Positions 49,625 through 62,933 of a stretch of DNA of 64,000 bases are shown piece by piece. The position numbers and the translations under genes are program-made. Every line of letters begins with the position of its first letter. Within the stretch, counting starts at the first letter, position 1. The stretch comes from Polyangia bacterium (GTDB taxonomy: Bacteria; Myxococcota_A; Polyangia; JAAYKL01). The stretch is taken from NCBI GenBank assembly GCA_046484285.1, contig JAWOBP010000098.1, forward strand, positions 23,345 to 87,344. Reading direction: 5' to 3'. The notes under the pieces are model-generated. The model was given only the letters and a program-made list of their open reading frames with translations. It did not search any database and was not told where the DNA came from.

Positions 49625-50728
49625 TCAGCAGCCGTCGTCGGAGAAGCTTTCGGCCGGTTTATCCGGGCAGGCGTCCTCGTCGTCGGGGAAGCCGTCCTCG
49701 TCGTTGTCCAGGTCGGGGCAGCCGTCCTCGTCCTCGAATCCGTCGTAGTCCTCCGCCATCAGCGGGCACTCGTCTCTCGCTCCGCGGATTCCGTCTCCGT
49801 CCTCGTCCGGCAGGACCGGCTGCCAGCTGAAGCGCAGCCCGGCCGAGAACAGGGGCGGCTCCTCGCCGGCGACCCCGAAGCCCAGAAAGAGGCCCAGCCG
49901 ATGCAGGCGCGTGATCGGGAAGTCGACCCCGCCTCCCAGCCACACCGGTCGCGAGTCGGGCTCGGGCCAGGGGCCGTCGCCGGTCGCGGTCACCACCGCG
50001 CCGGCCGCCTCCAGCGACCAGGCCACGTCGTGCTTTTTGGGAATTCGCAGCGCCAGGCGCCAGAACACCTCGTCGTCCTGCTCGAAGCGCCTCGACCCGG
50101 AGCGGACCGCGTGCCGGGGCCGCAGCCGGTAGCCCAGATTGAGCGAGGCCCGGGCGCCCAGCACCTGGAAGGCGAGCGCGGCGAACGCGTCGCCCCACAA
50201 CCCTCCCTCGCCCAGCAGCCTCTCGTGATCGCCGGTGGGAATCCCGGCCTCCAGGCCCAGCAGAAAGCCCAGCCCGCCGTCGTCGGCCGCGGCGCAGCTC
50301 CACAGCAGCGCTGCGCGCAGATCGCCGATCCCCCAGCCGCTTGCGCCCATTCCGACCAGCTCGCGGTGCCCGGCGTCGAGATCGGCCGGCTCGCGCTCTC
50401 CGACCGTCCAGCCCAGCGGCATCGCCAGCGCGGCCTCCAGGTCGAGCGGCAGCCCCAGGCCGAAGGCGAAGTCGAGCAGCGCGCGCGAGGAACGGTCGGC
50501 CAGCCCGCCTCCGTAGGCGTAGCGCGCGCCGAGGTGAGCCCGCCAGCTCCACTCCGGTGCGGTCGAGGTCCCCTCGACGAGGTGCCCCCCGTCCGTCGTG
50601 ATCGGAGGCTCGCTGGTGCGCGGCACCGTCCAGCGCGGCTCTCCGGCCCGGGCCGCGCAGACCGCCAGCGAGCAGATCGCGCACAGCGCGGCCACCCGCA
50701 GAAGAGTCGACCGCGCAGAACGCCTCAT
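49625..50728 (-). CDS. Outer-membrane beta-barrel-like protein with C-terminal thrombospondin type-3 (Ca-binding) repeats, ending without an OmpA-like domain
   Basis: Signal peptide. Alternating amphipathic strands. C-terminal DEDGDGI..D.CP / DNDEDGFPDDEDACPD repeats. Stops right after the repeats. Confidence 0.5.
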   Translation of the reverse strand: MRRSARSTLLRVAALCAICSLAVCAARAGEPRWTVPRTSEPPITTDGGHLVEGTSTAPEWSWRAHLGARYAYGGGLADRSSRALLDFAFGLGLPLDLEAALAMPLGWTVGEREPADLDAGHRELVGMGASGWGIGDLRAALLWSCAAADDGGLGFLLGLEAGIPTGDHERLLGEGGLWGDAFAALAFQVLGARASLNLGYRLRPRHAVRSGSRRFEQDDEVFWRLALRIPKKHDVAWSLEAAGAVVTATGDGPWPEPDSRPVWLGGGVDFPITRLHRLGLFLGFGVAGEEPPLFSAGLRFSWQPVLPDEDGDGIRGARDECPLMAEDYDGFEDEDGCPDLDNDEDGFPDDEDACPDKPAESFSDDGC

Positions 50729-50749
50729 CTCGAAAAGCTCCGGCGGCCT

Positions 50750-53206
<2,457 letters not shown>

Positions 53207-53246
53207 ACAAATTCCTCGCGAAAAAACCCGCTCGCTCTGACGGAGG

Positions 53247-54512
<1,266 letters not shown>

Positions 54513-54589
54513 CCACCTCTTCGGCTTCGATCGCTCATTGCTCGTTCAATTATAGACTCGCGCTCGCCGCTCGCAACACCCCCGGGCGT

Positions 54590-55234
54590 TCAATCTCCGC
54601 TCCCTCGCGGCTCGAACACTTCGTCGACGATACCGTACTCCTCGGCCTCGCCGGCGGTCATGATGTAATCGCGATCCGTGTCGTGCTTGACCTTGTCGTG
54701 CGGCTGCCCGGTGTGCAGCGTCAGAATCTCGTTGAGCCGCTCGCGCAGCCTCAGGATCTCCCGGGCGTGGATCTCGATGTCGGACGCCTGGCCCTGCACG
54801 CCGCCGATCGGCTGGTGGATCATCACCCGCGAGTTGGGCAGCGCCATCCGCCGCTTCTCGCTGCCGGCGGCGAGTAGCACCGCGGCCATCGAGGCGGCCT
54901 GCCCGAAGCAGATCGTCGCCACCGGCGGCCTGATGTACCGCATCGTGTCGTAGATCGCCAGCCCGGCGTTGACCGACCCGCCCGGGGAGTTGATGTAGAC
55001 CGAGATCTCCTTTTCCGGGTCGTCCGACTCTAGATAAATCATCTGCGCCACGACGATGTTCGCCACCTCGTCGCTGATCGGAGTTCCCAAAAAGACGATC
55101 CGGTCCTTGAGCAGTCGGGAGAAGATGTCCCAGCTGCGCTCGCCCCGATGCGTCTGCTCCACCACCTGCGGGTAGGGGACGAAGGTCCCGTCGATCCCGC
55201 GGCTGTTTCCGTCTGCGTCGCTCATGATCCCCAC
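54590..55234 (-). CDS. clpP: ATP-dependent Clp protease proteolytic subunit ClpP
   Basis: Conserved ClpP core (GQAASMAA, catalytic Ser/His/Asp context). Confidence 0.9.
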   Translation of the reverse strand: MGIMSDADGNSRGIDGTFVPYPQVVEQTHRGERSWDIFSRLLKDRIVFLGTPISDEVANIVVAQMIYLESDDPEKEISVYINSPGGSVNAGLAIYDTMRYIRPPVATICFGQAASMAAVLLAAGSEKRRMALPNSRVMIHQPIGGVQGQASDIEIHAREILRLRERLNEILTLHTGQPHDKVKHDTDRDYIMTAGEAEEYGIVDEVFEPRGSGD

Positions 55235-56599
55235 TCACTGCTCCGTGTCGGGTCGATCCCCGGCCTCGTCGCTTTCGGAAGTCTCTTCCTCTTCGTCGTC
55301 CTCGACCTCGAGAATCTTAACCTTCCCGAGCGCATACTCAAAAACCTTGTCCTCCAAAATCCGCATCTCCAGGCGGGCGCGCTGGTCTCCGTGGCCCAGC
55401 TCGGCGCGGATCTTGGGTGCCGGAGCGCCGCTCTTCTCCGCGATGCGGCTCACCTCGGACTCCACGTCGTCGTCGCTCACCTCGATATCGGCGTGCCGGG
55501 CGATCTCGCGAACCAGGAAATGACGCTGCACCATCTCGCGCGCCCGCTGCTCGCTGCCCTCCTGCATGGTGCGCATCATCTCGGCTTGCTGCTCGTCCTG
55601 CTCGTCGTCGCCGCTCTGCTCGTCCAGGCCTCCGAGCACCCGGCCCAGCTCCTGGCGCATCGCCTCGGTCTGGCGCTGCACCACGTTCTCGGGCAGCTCC
55701 ATCTCGTTCTTCTCGGCGAGCTCGTCCAACAGCTGGCGCTGGAGGCCGTCGCGCTGCGACTCCTCGCGGGTCTCCTTCATCTTCTTTACCACGTCCCGGC
55801 GCAGCTCCTCGCGCGTCTCGAAGTCGCCGAGGTCCTTGGCCAGCTCGTCGTCCAGCTCGGGAAGGCACCGCTCGCGCACCGCGGTGACCTTCGCCATGAA
55901 CCTGACCCGCTCCCGGCCCTCCTCAGACTCGCCGAAGTCGATGACCTTCTCCTCCCCCGGCTCGGCTCCCTCCAGCGCCTCCAGCAGCGGCTCCGGAGTG
56001 CCGTCCACCGGATCGAGCGGAATCTCCTGGCCCTGGGCCGAGTCCCTCCACTCCCCGTCCTGCCAGCGTTTCAGATCGACCGTGACCAGGTCGCCGGCGC
56101 GGGCCGGCCGGGGCTCGTCCAGATCCACGGCCGCGGCCTGGCTGCGCCGCAACCTCTCCAGCTCCCGGTCCACCTCCTCGTCGTCGGGGGTCGTCGGGCG
56201 CCTGCGCAACTCGACCCCCTCCCAGTCGATCCGCTCCAGTTGCGGCGCGACCTCGACCTTGGCGGTGAAGTGAAAGCCGCCGTCCTCCTCCACTATCTGG
56301 TCGAAATCCAGCTCCGGCTCGCCGAGGGGCTGCAGGTCGTTCTCCGCCAGCGCCTGGACGAAAGCGCGAGGCACCAGCTCGCCGCGGACCTCGGAGAGCA
56401 CCGCGTCGCCGAACAGCCTGCGCAGCACTCCGCGCGGGGCCTTGCCCTTGCGGAATCCGCGCACCCTGACCTCGCGGGCCAGCTTGGCGTACGCCTTGTC
56501 GGCGGCTGCTGCGATCTCGGCCCTTGGCACCGTGATGTCCAGCTCGATCAGTACCGGGCTGATCCTCTTGATAGACGACGGCAATACAACCCTCCTCAT
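55235..56599 (-). CDS. tig: Trigger factor
   Basis: Ribosome-binding N-domain (VRGFRKGKAP), FKBP-like middle and C-terminal arm. Immediately upstream of clpP. Confidence 0.85.
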   Translation of the reverse strand: MRRVVLPSSIKRISPVLIELDITVPRAEIAAAADKAYAKLAREVRVRGFRKGKAPRGVLRRLFGDAVLSEVRGELVPRAFVQALAENDLQPLGEPELDFDQIVEEDGGFHFTAKVEVAPQLERIDWEGVELRRRPTTPDDEEVDRELERLRRSQAAAVDLDEPRPARAGDLVTVDLKRWQDGEWRDSAQGQEIPLDPVDGTPEPLLEALEGAEPGEEKVIDFGESEEGRERVRFMAKVTAVRERCLPELDDELAKDLGDFETREELRRDVVKKMKETREESQRDGLQRQLLDELAEKNEMELPENVVQRQTEAMRQELGRVLGGLDEQSGDDEQDEQQAEMMRTMQEGSEQRAREMVQRHFLVREIARHADIEVSDDDVESEVSRIAEKSGAPAPKIRAELGHGDQRARLEMRILEDKVFEYALGKVKILEVEDDEEEETSESDEAGDRPDTEQ

Positions 56600-56833
56600 A
56601 CGACCGCGATGCGCTCGCGGCCGTTTTCTCTCTGGCCGGGGTGCGCGGCTCGGAACCCGCGCCCGACGCGGTCGGCGGCGGCGCCGCTTCCCGCCGAGCG
56701 CCGAAGCGTCTCGAAGATGAAACTACTAGCGCTCGCTGCGCCGCCATGTCAAGCGGGCACGGTCCGACACTCCCGCGCTACCGGGTATGCGTTCGGGACG
56801 TCTCTGGTCGATGACGCCTCGGGCGAGACGAGC

Positions 56834-57286
56834 TCAGTCGTAGCTCTTGCCCAGCAACTCCGACAGCGTCTTGATCGAGTCGATGAATCCCTGCTTCTCC
56901 GAAACGCTCAGCTTGTCGAACAGGGACTGGTAGCTCTCGCGCACGCGCTTGCGGCGGCGGCGCATCAGCTGGCGTCCCTGGTCGGTCAGCTCGACCATCA
57001 CGACGCGCCCGTCGTACGGTCCGCGAACCTTGTTCACCAGGCCGGACTTGGTCAGACGCGCCACCATCTCGGAGGTGGTGCTCTGAGCCGAGCCGACCTG
57101 GCGGCCGAGGTTGCCCACCGAGATCGGGCCGTGGTTGTGGATCACCGACAGCACCTTGTACTGGCCGTAGGAGATGTCCTCCTGGACCTTGCTGCCGCTG
57201 AGCAGATCGAGGCGACGCATCAGGTCCTGGGCAATCTCTTCGACCTGATCGACCATGTCCATCACGTTGTCAGTCGATGCCTGCAT
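56834..57286 (-). CDS. MarR-family transcriptional regulator
   Basis: 150 aa with a winged HTH (SYGQYKVLSVIHNHGPISVGNLGRQVG...). Confidence 0.75.
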   Translation of the reverse strand: MQASTDNVMDMVDQVEEIAQDLMRRLDLLSGSKVQEDISYGQYKVLSVIHNHGPISVGNLGRQVGSAQSTTSEMVARLTKSGLVNKVRGPYDGRVVMVELTDQGRQLMRRRRKRVRESYQSLFDKLSVSEKQGFIDSIKTLSELLGKSYD

Positions 57287-57526
57287 CTCTTTCCCCTTTT
57301 CTTTTTCTTTTCCATCCCGCCGTCGCCGTCATCCCCACGATGAACGGCTCTAATTAGAACGGCTTCTTTTCGACCTCTATATCACGAAAAAAATTAGCTA
57401 CAACACCCTAACCTATTCCCTTCGAACTTTTTTGAATATTCGTTCTCTCTGTAATTAAAATTTCACTTTTGAAAGACAAGCCCTGAAAAGGTGTCGCGCC
57501 TTCGACATTGCAACGATTGCCGACTG
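57287..57526. promoter_or_regulatory. AT-rich intergenic island upstream of marR, containing palindromes TTCGAA and GAATATTC
   Basis: 57340-57490 is about 35-40% GC in a ~68% GC background. GAATATTC at 57434-57441. Confidence 0.4.
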
Positions 57527-58024
57527 TTACGTGCTCTTGGCAAACTCTGATAGCGGCACATGGTGTGCCGGATGTATGAGATCCGGGGCCAAATCGAGTA
57601 CCTGGGCGATCACGAACGGCCTCTCGGTCAGCCTTGGATGGGGTATGGTCAGGCGCTCGGTGTTCAAGACCAGGTCCTCGAAAAAGAGGATGTCCATGTC
57701 TATCTCGCGCGGTCCCCAGCGGGGCCTTCCGCCGCGTTTCCTGCCGAGCTCCTCCTCGGCGCGCAGCAGCTCGGCGAGCAGCTCGGACGGAGACAGCGAG
57801 GTTCGCAGCTCGGCGACCGCGTTTAGGAATCGCGGCTGATCCTCGAGCCCCCACGGCGCGGTCTCCACGACCCGCGTCGCTCGCGAGACCTCTATTCGCG
57901 GATGATTGTCGAGCCACGCCAGCGCCGCCTCGATCTGCGCGCGCCGATCGCCCAGGTTGCTGCCCAGGCCGACGAATGCGAGCCGGCTCGATGAGGATAC
58001 CCGTGGTGAGCCGGCTCCCGTCAT
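57527..58024 (-). CDS. folK: 2-amino-4-hydroxy-6-hydroxymethyldihydropteridine pyrophosphokinase (HPPK)
   Basis: LAFVGLGSNLGDR...PRWGPREIDMDIL...RPFV motifs. Start ATG overlaps the upstream stop (ATGA). Start trimmed from the ORF start at 58696. Confidence 0.8.
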   Translation of the reverse strand: MTGAGSPRVSSSSRLAFVGLGSNLGDRRAQIEAALAWLDNHPRIEVSRATRVVETAPWGLEDQPRFLNAVAELRTSLSPSELLAELLRAEEELGRKRGGRPRWGPREIDMDILFFEDLVLNTERLTIPHPRLTERPFVIAQVLDLAPDLIHPAHHVPLSEFAKST

Positions 58025-58959
58025 CAGAAAGCGTAGATGATCCCCGCTCGCCCGCCCAGGTCCAGCGCCAATCCCGGAGTGTTCCATGGATCCGAGACGC
58101 GGGCTCCGGGCACGACGACCGGGCCCGTCGCCACCACGGCCTCGAGCACGGCGCTCCAGGCCTTCCAGATCAGCACCTCGATTCCCGCCGCGCCTTCGAA
58201 CGAGATCCAGATCGCGGTCTGGTGATGCTCGCGCATCATGAACAGCGGAACGGCCGAGACCCGCGCCGGCAAGCCGATCCGATCGGTCAGCTTCCAGAGC
58301 CCGAGCAGGCCCAGGCGCAGCTCGATCTCCCCGGTGGGAACGCCGGTCCCGCCCACCGGCTCTTCCCCGGCGAACGCGGCGAAACCGACTCCGCCGTGCA
58401 GGTGGAGCCAACCGGCCAGCCGGTAGCTCAGATCGACGACCAGCGGCACCCGCGGCCGGCTCCACTCCGCCAGTACCGGCCACGATGCTCCGATCGAGAC
58501 TCCCAACCTCATCCCGCGAGGCTCCTCGCCCTTTTCGGTATCGCCCTTTTCCGGCTCGCCTTCGCTCTCCTTTTCTTTCTCCAGGCCGCCGATCCGGGCG
58601 CGCACCTCCTCGCGGTCCTCGGCCTCCGGGGACATGCGGAGGTACATCTCGTAGTTGTCGACCGCGTTGCTCTCCTCGCCGAGCTCCTCGTGACATCTAC
58701 CGATGTTGTAGAGTATCTCCGGCGCGGGGGCGAGCTCGTAGGCGAGCTCGAAGTGCTCGATCGCCTCGCGATAGCGACCGGCCCGGAAGCGATCGCGACC
58801 TTTCTCGAAGTGATCGCGGGCCAGCTCGCGATCCTGGTCCGCGACCTTCTTCGTCTCCGGCTCCGGCTCCTCCCCGCCGCCCGGCGCGGCGGCCGGGACC
58901 AGCAACAGCGCCGCCAGGCACTGCAGCGCGACCGGGCTGCAGCGCCGCGAGCTACTCAC
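58024..58959 (-). CDS. Secreted TPR-repeat protein with C-terminal beta-strand-rich domain ending in Phe
   Basis: Signal peptide. TPR-like segment (AIEHFELAYELAPAPEILYNIGRCHEELGE). Gly/aromatic alternation. Ends ...IIYAF. Confidence 0.5.
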   Translation of the reverse strand: MSSSRRCSPVALQCLAALLLVPAAAPGGGEEPEPETKKVADQDRELARDHFEKGRDRFRAGRYREAIEHFELAYELAPAPEILYNIGRCHEELGEESNAVDNYEMYLRMSPEAEDREEVRARIGGLEKEKESEGEPEKGDTEKGEEPRGMRLGVSIGASWPVLAEWSRPRVPLVVDLSYRLAGWLHLHGGVGFAAFAGEEPVGGTGVPTGEIELRLGLLGLWKLTDRIGLPARVSAVPLFMMREHHQTAIWISFEGAAGIEVLIWKAWSAVLEAVVATGPVVVPGARVSDPWNTPGLALDLGGRAGIIYAF

Positions 58960-60244
58960 CGCTTCCTCCGTCCGCAGCCGCGTCGCCGCCGCTCTCCCCG
59001 TCCGATCCGGCCGGGCCGGAATCCGCGCCCTGCTCTTGCTGGCGGGCCGGGAACCGCAACGGGGCGAAGCGGTCCAGCGCGTGGAAGTCTCCGCGCAGCG
59101 GGGGCGACCAGGCGGTGTAGATCGTCTCGTCGCGCGTGACGTCCACCCTGAAGAAATTGGCGCGCCAGCTCTCGTCCGGCCGCGGAGGAACGCCGCCTCC
59201 CGCCTTCATGTTTGCGAACGGAATCGCGATCTCGGCGCTCCAGCCGCGATCCGCCTCGTCGTCGTTCAGCTCTCCGTCGCGCGCGACCGCCACCCGCGCG
59301 TTGCTCGACCACGAGTTGCGGTTCTTGCGATACGAGGGCAGGTGAGAGTCGAAGACCACCCCGGCCGGGCTGACCTGGATCTCGTAGTAGTGCTTCTTGT
59401 CGCCTTTGGGATCGAAAAACATCTCGAACGCGTCCTGGTGCCAGAGCTCGTCGTCGTGCTCGCTGTACTCGCTGCGCAGAAAGTCGTCGACCGCGCTCAT
59501 CGACACGTAGAGGTTCTCCGCGTCGCGAGCCAGCCGCACCTCGGTCGTCCTGCGCTTCTCCGGGCTGCCCGAGACGGTGCGGAAGAACTGCTCCAGGACG
59601 GCGGCCTCGGACCAGGCCGGATCGCCGCTCGGATCGCCGTCGAGCTCGGGCGCCTTTTCTATCCACGGAACTGCCACCGGCTCGGCCCGCTCCTTTTCGA
59701 TCTCCACCCGCGCGCCGATCACGCGCTCGCTGCCGTCCTCGGGCCCGGAGATCACCTCCATGCGATCCTCTCCGCGCCACAGCCCGACGCGCAGCTCGAG
59801 CGCCGGCGAGTCCCAGCTGGCGGGAATCTCGATTCGCTGCGGATCCTCGATCACCATCCCGGGGCGCCAGTGCTCCGGCTGGAAGTGCTCGCGAATCGGC
59901 CCGGCCGAGTCGCGGTTCAACCGCGAGCGCCCCTCGGCGTCCACCACGTGCGTGAAGAGGCGCCAGCCCGGACCGGGAGCCTCTTCGCACTTCCAGTACC
60001 AGACGACCGGCAGCGCCTTTCCCGGATCAGCCTGCTCTCGGGGCAGATCGCAGCCGAGCAGCTCGACCTTGCCGCCCAGATCCGCGCCGATGCGGTGATC
60101 GATCTTCTTCGGTGCCGCATCGAGTATCAGCCTGGAGACCCGATCGCTCTCGTCGGAGGTCTCGTAGCTGGTCCGCTCCACGCAACACGTGCCCAGTAGC
60201 GCCAAAAGCGCCACCCCGATCGAACCGCGAACCGTCATTGGCAA
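58952..60244 (-). CDS. Lipoprotein with carbohydrate-binding-family-9-like (DOMON/CBM9-type) domain
   Basis: Lipobox LGTCC. Block HQDAFEMFFDPKGDKKHYYEIQVSPAG..WSAEIAIPF is typical of CBM9-like domains. Confidence 0.5.
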   Translation of the reverse strand: MPMTVRGSIGVALLALLGTCCVERTSYETSDESDRVSRLILDAAPKKIDHRIGADLGGKVELLGCDLPREQADPGKALPVVWYWKCEEAPGPGWRLFTHVVDAEGRSRLNRDSAGPIREHFQPEHWRPGMVIEDPQRIEIPASWDSPALELRVGLWRGEDRMEVISGPEDGSERVIGARVEIEKERAEPVAVPWIEKAPELDGDPSGDPAWSEAAVLEQFFRTVSGSPEKRRTTEVRLARDAENLYVSMSAVDDFLRSEYSEHDDELWHQDAFEMFFDPKGDKKHYYEIQVSPAGVVFDSHLPSYRKNRNSWSSNARVAVARDGELNDDEADRGWSAEIAIPFANMKAGGGVPPRPDESWRANFFRVDVTRDETIYTAWSPPLRGDFHALDRFAPLRFPARQQEQGADSGPAGSDGESGGDAAADGGSGE

Positions 60245-60254
60245 CCCTCCCCGG

Positions 60255-61853
60255 TCAGCGCCGCGCCTTGCGCCGCGCCTTGCGTTGCTGCTTGCGCTTG
60301 GCCTTGGCCTTGGCCTTGCTCCCCGCCGAGCGCTTGGAACGCTGTTGTCCCGCGCCTTGCTCGGCCACCGCGGCCTGGAGCAGCTCCTGGGACATCCCTC
60401 CCATCGGACCGGACGGGACGCCGGGCAGGGAGGGCGCGCCTTCGAACTGCTGGCCCACCTGGGACTTCATCTTGCGGGCCATCGCCAGCTGGCGCATGCC
60501 CGGAATCTTGGAGAGCATCCCGGCCTGCTGGCCGATGTTGCCCATCATCTGGCGCACCCCCGAGAAGCGCTGCAGCAACGACTTCACGTCCTTGACCTCG
60601 CGACCCGAGCCGCGGGCCACGCGCTCGACCCTGGAGGGCTGGGAGTCGAACAGCGATACGTCGGCGCGCTCCTTGGGAGTCATCGACTGGATCATCGCCT
60701 CGATCCGAACCAGCTCTCGGTCGTCGACGTCAATCCCCTCGGGCATGCCGTCCTGGAAGAACGGCAGCTTCTCCATCAGGTCGCCGAGCGACCCCATCTT
60801 CTTGATCGCGCGGATCTGGTCGAGAAAATCGAACATCGTGAACTGCCCGCGCAGCATGCGGCGGGCGTCCTTCTCCGCCTTGTCGGCGTCGACCACCTCC
60901 TCGAAGTCCTCGACCAGCCCGACCACGTCGCCCATTCCCAGGATGCGGGAGGCCAGCCCTTCGGGCCGGAACTGCTCGAGCTTGTCCATCGCCTCGCCGA
61001 CGCCCAAAAACTTGATCGGAGCGCCTGTGGTTTCCTTGATCGAAAGCGCCGCCCCGCCGCGCGCGTCTCCGTCGAGCTTGGTCAGCACCACGCCGCTCAG
61101 ATCGAGCCGCTCGTGGAACTCGGCGGCGGTCTTGACCGCATCCTGGCCGATCATCGCGTCGGCCACGAGCAGGATGTTCTTCGGCTTGACCGTCTTCTTG
61201 ATGTCGAAAAGCTCCTGCATCAGCTTCTCGTCGACGGTCTGGCGGCCCGCGGTGTCGAACAGCACGAAGTCGCGCCGGTCCTGGCGAGCGCGCTTCATCG
61301 CTTCTTTGCAGATCGCCACCGCATCGCCGCTTTCGAAGTCGGCGAAGACCGGGATCTCCAACCGCTCGCCGAGCACCTGGAGCTGCTCGATCGCGGCCGG
61401 CCGGTAGACGTCGGCGGCGACCAGCAGCGGGCGGTGACCCTGCTTTTCCAAAAAGCGGGCCAGCTTGGCGGTGGTGGTCGTCTTGCCCACGCCGTTGAGC
61501 CCCACCATCATCACGCCGGTGGGGGTCCCCTTGGACGCGGCGGCGAGCTCGGTCTCGACCGGGCCCATCATCGCGGTCAGCTCGTCCTGGCAGACCTTGA
61601 CGAAGGCGTCGGTGGGCGAGATGCGCAGCTTCTGGCCGCTCCTGGCCCGCGTCGAGAGCCTGACCACCTCTCCGAGCGCCTTCTCCCTGACCCTTCCCAG
61701 GAACTGCTTGGTCAGCTCCAGGTCGACGTCGGCCTCGAGCAACGAGAGCCTGATGTCGCGCAACGAGGCGTCGACGACCTTCTCGTCGATTTCGGCCTCG
61801 CCCTGCATGCGCTGGCGCGCCTTGCGAAAACCTTTTTGCAGTGTCTCCAGCAT
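60255..61853 (-). CDS. ffh: Signal recognition particle protein Ffh
   Basis: NG domain (GLNGVGKTTTTAKLA, DTAGR). M-domain. Unusually long basic tail KAKAKAKRKQQRKARRKARR. Confidence 0.9.
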   Translation of the reverse strand: MLETLQKGFRKARQRMQGEAEIDEKVVDASLRDIRLSLLEADVDLELTKQFLGRVREKALGEVVRLSTRARSGQKLRISPTDAFVKVCQDELTAMMGPVETELAAASKGTPTGVMMVGLNGVGKTTTTAKLARFLEKQGHRPLLVAADVYRPAAIEQLQVLGERLEIPVFADFESGDAVAICKEAMKRARQDRRDFVLFDTAGRQTVDEKLMQELFDIKKTVKPKNILLVADAMIGQDAVKTAAEFHERLDLSGVVLTKLDGDARGGAALSIKETTGAPIKFLGVGEAMDKLEQFRPEGLASRILGMGDVVGLVEDFEEVVDADKAEKDARRMLRGQFTMFDFLDQIRAIKKMGSLGDLMEKLPFFQDGMPEGIDVDDRELVRIEAMIQSMTPKERADVSLFDSQPSRVERVARGSGREVKDVKSLLQRFSGVRQMMGNIGQQAGMLSKIPGMRQLAMARKMKSQVGQQFEGAPSLPGVPSGPMGGMSQELLQAAVAEQGAGQQRSKRSAGSKAKAKAKRKQQRKARRKARR

Positions 61854-61965
61854 CTGTAAATTCTCTCCGAGCAGAAGAGGGCAGCAGCCCTAAGCCGGGC
61901 CTCGACGGGAGCAGATCTGGTACCACAAACCGGCGGCGCTTTCCAGCGGTTGGGGTCGCGGCCGA

Positions 61966-62553
61966 TCAGACCGCAATCCCTCTTTTCGAGCAGTATTCGA
62001 TCATCGCCGAGCACTCGGTGATCGCGTGAGCGGCGACTCCGGCCAGCGGATGGTCCCGGTCGCCGAAGGCGGTCAGCGCCTCGATCGCCTCGGGGCAGGG
62101 CGAGTGGCCCAGGATGGCGATCGCACGCAGCAGGCTCTCCGCTCCCCGCTGGTCTTCCCACAGGGATCGGATCGCCTCGCTCACCAACCGGGCGCAGCTG
62201 GCGCTGTCGTACAGGTAGTTGGGCGGCATCAGCCGGTGCGCCTTCATGTAGAGCCGCAAGGACTCGTCCTGGGCCGGCGTCGAGATCACGTCCAGCACCC
62301 GGGCTCCGGTATGCGGTCCCATCACGGTCCACTGGTACTCGCCTGGTCCGGTCTCGGGCACGTCCATCTCGAGCTCGGACTCGTCCTCGACCGACGCCAC
62401 CCATCGGCCAAAAGTCTCGGCAGCCTCGGAGCCGGGCCTCGGACCCACGAAAAACGGCTGAAAGCGGTTGCCGGCGGCGGTCTTCTTCTTGCGCGTGATT
62501 TTCCTTCTGGACATGGCGACCTCCTCTTGGTTCGTCCTTCCTGCAATAGACAT
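61966..62553 (-). CDS. Hypothetical protein
   Basis: ORF with a basic N-terminus (MSRRKITRKKK). No recognisable domain. Confidence 0.35.
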   Translation of the reverse strand: MSIAGRTNQEEVAMSRRKITRKKKTAAGNRFQPFFVGPRPGSEAAETFGRWVASVEDESELEMDVPETGPGEYQWTVMGPHTGARVLDVISTPAQDESLRLYMKAHRLMPPNYLYDSASCARLVSEAIRSLWEDQRGAESLLRAIAILGHSPCPEAIEALTAFGDRDHPLAGVAAHAITECSAMIEYCSKRGIAV

Positions 62554-62933
62554 CGGCCGTTCGGCCCTAAGAGTTGCAAAAAAGTTCGTTCGGAAGACGA
62601 ATAGAGGCTGTCAAGAAGACTGATCGGGGCGAACGGCGGAGCTCAGGATCCGCTCCGGGCGTCGCGTCCGGCCCGGCTCGCACCCGGCTCCGGGGCGGCA
62701 TGACGGGCGTCTCGGTGGTGTCCGGGGTGGTTGGCCACGACGACCGCCTTGCTCTCGGAGGGGATCTCCGTGTCCGGGACGCAGCTCGTCTCGAGGCAGA
62801 TCTCCAGCTCGTCGAGAACCCGGGTGTAGAGTCGTAACGAGCGGAGGTGACAGCCCTTGGACGGGAGCGGGAAATGCGCGCTACGTGTCTGTTACCGGCG
62901 TGGAACGAGTGTGGTGCTCGCGGGCCGCGACTT

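Noticed and set aside
62600-62860. Protein-like minus-strand frame (…YTRVLDELEICLETSCVPDTEIPSESKAVVVANHPG…)
   Set aside because: No ATG/GTG/TTG start between an upstream TAA and the sequence, and the frame is short. Treated as non-coding upstream region of the 61966-62553 gene.
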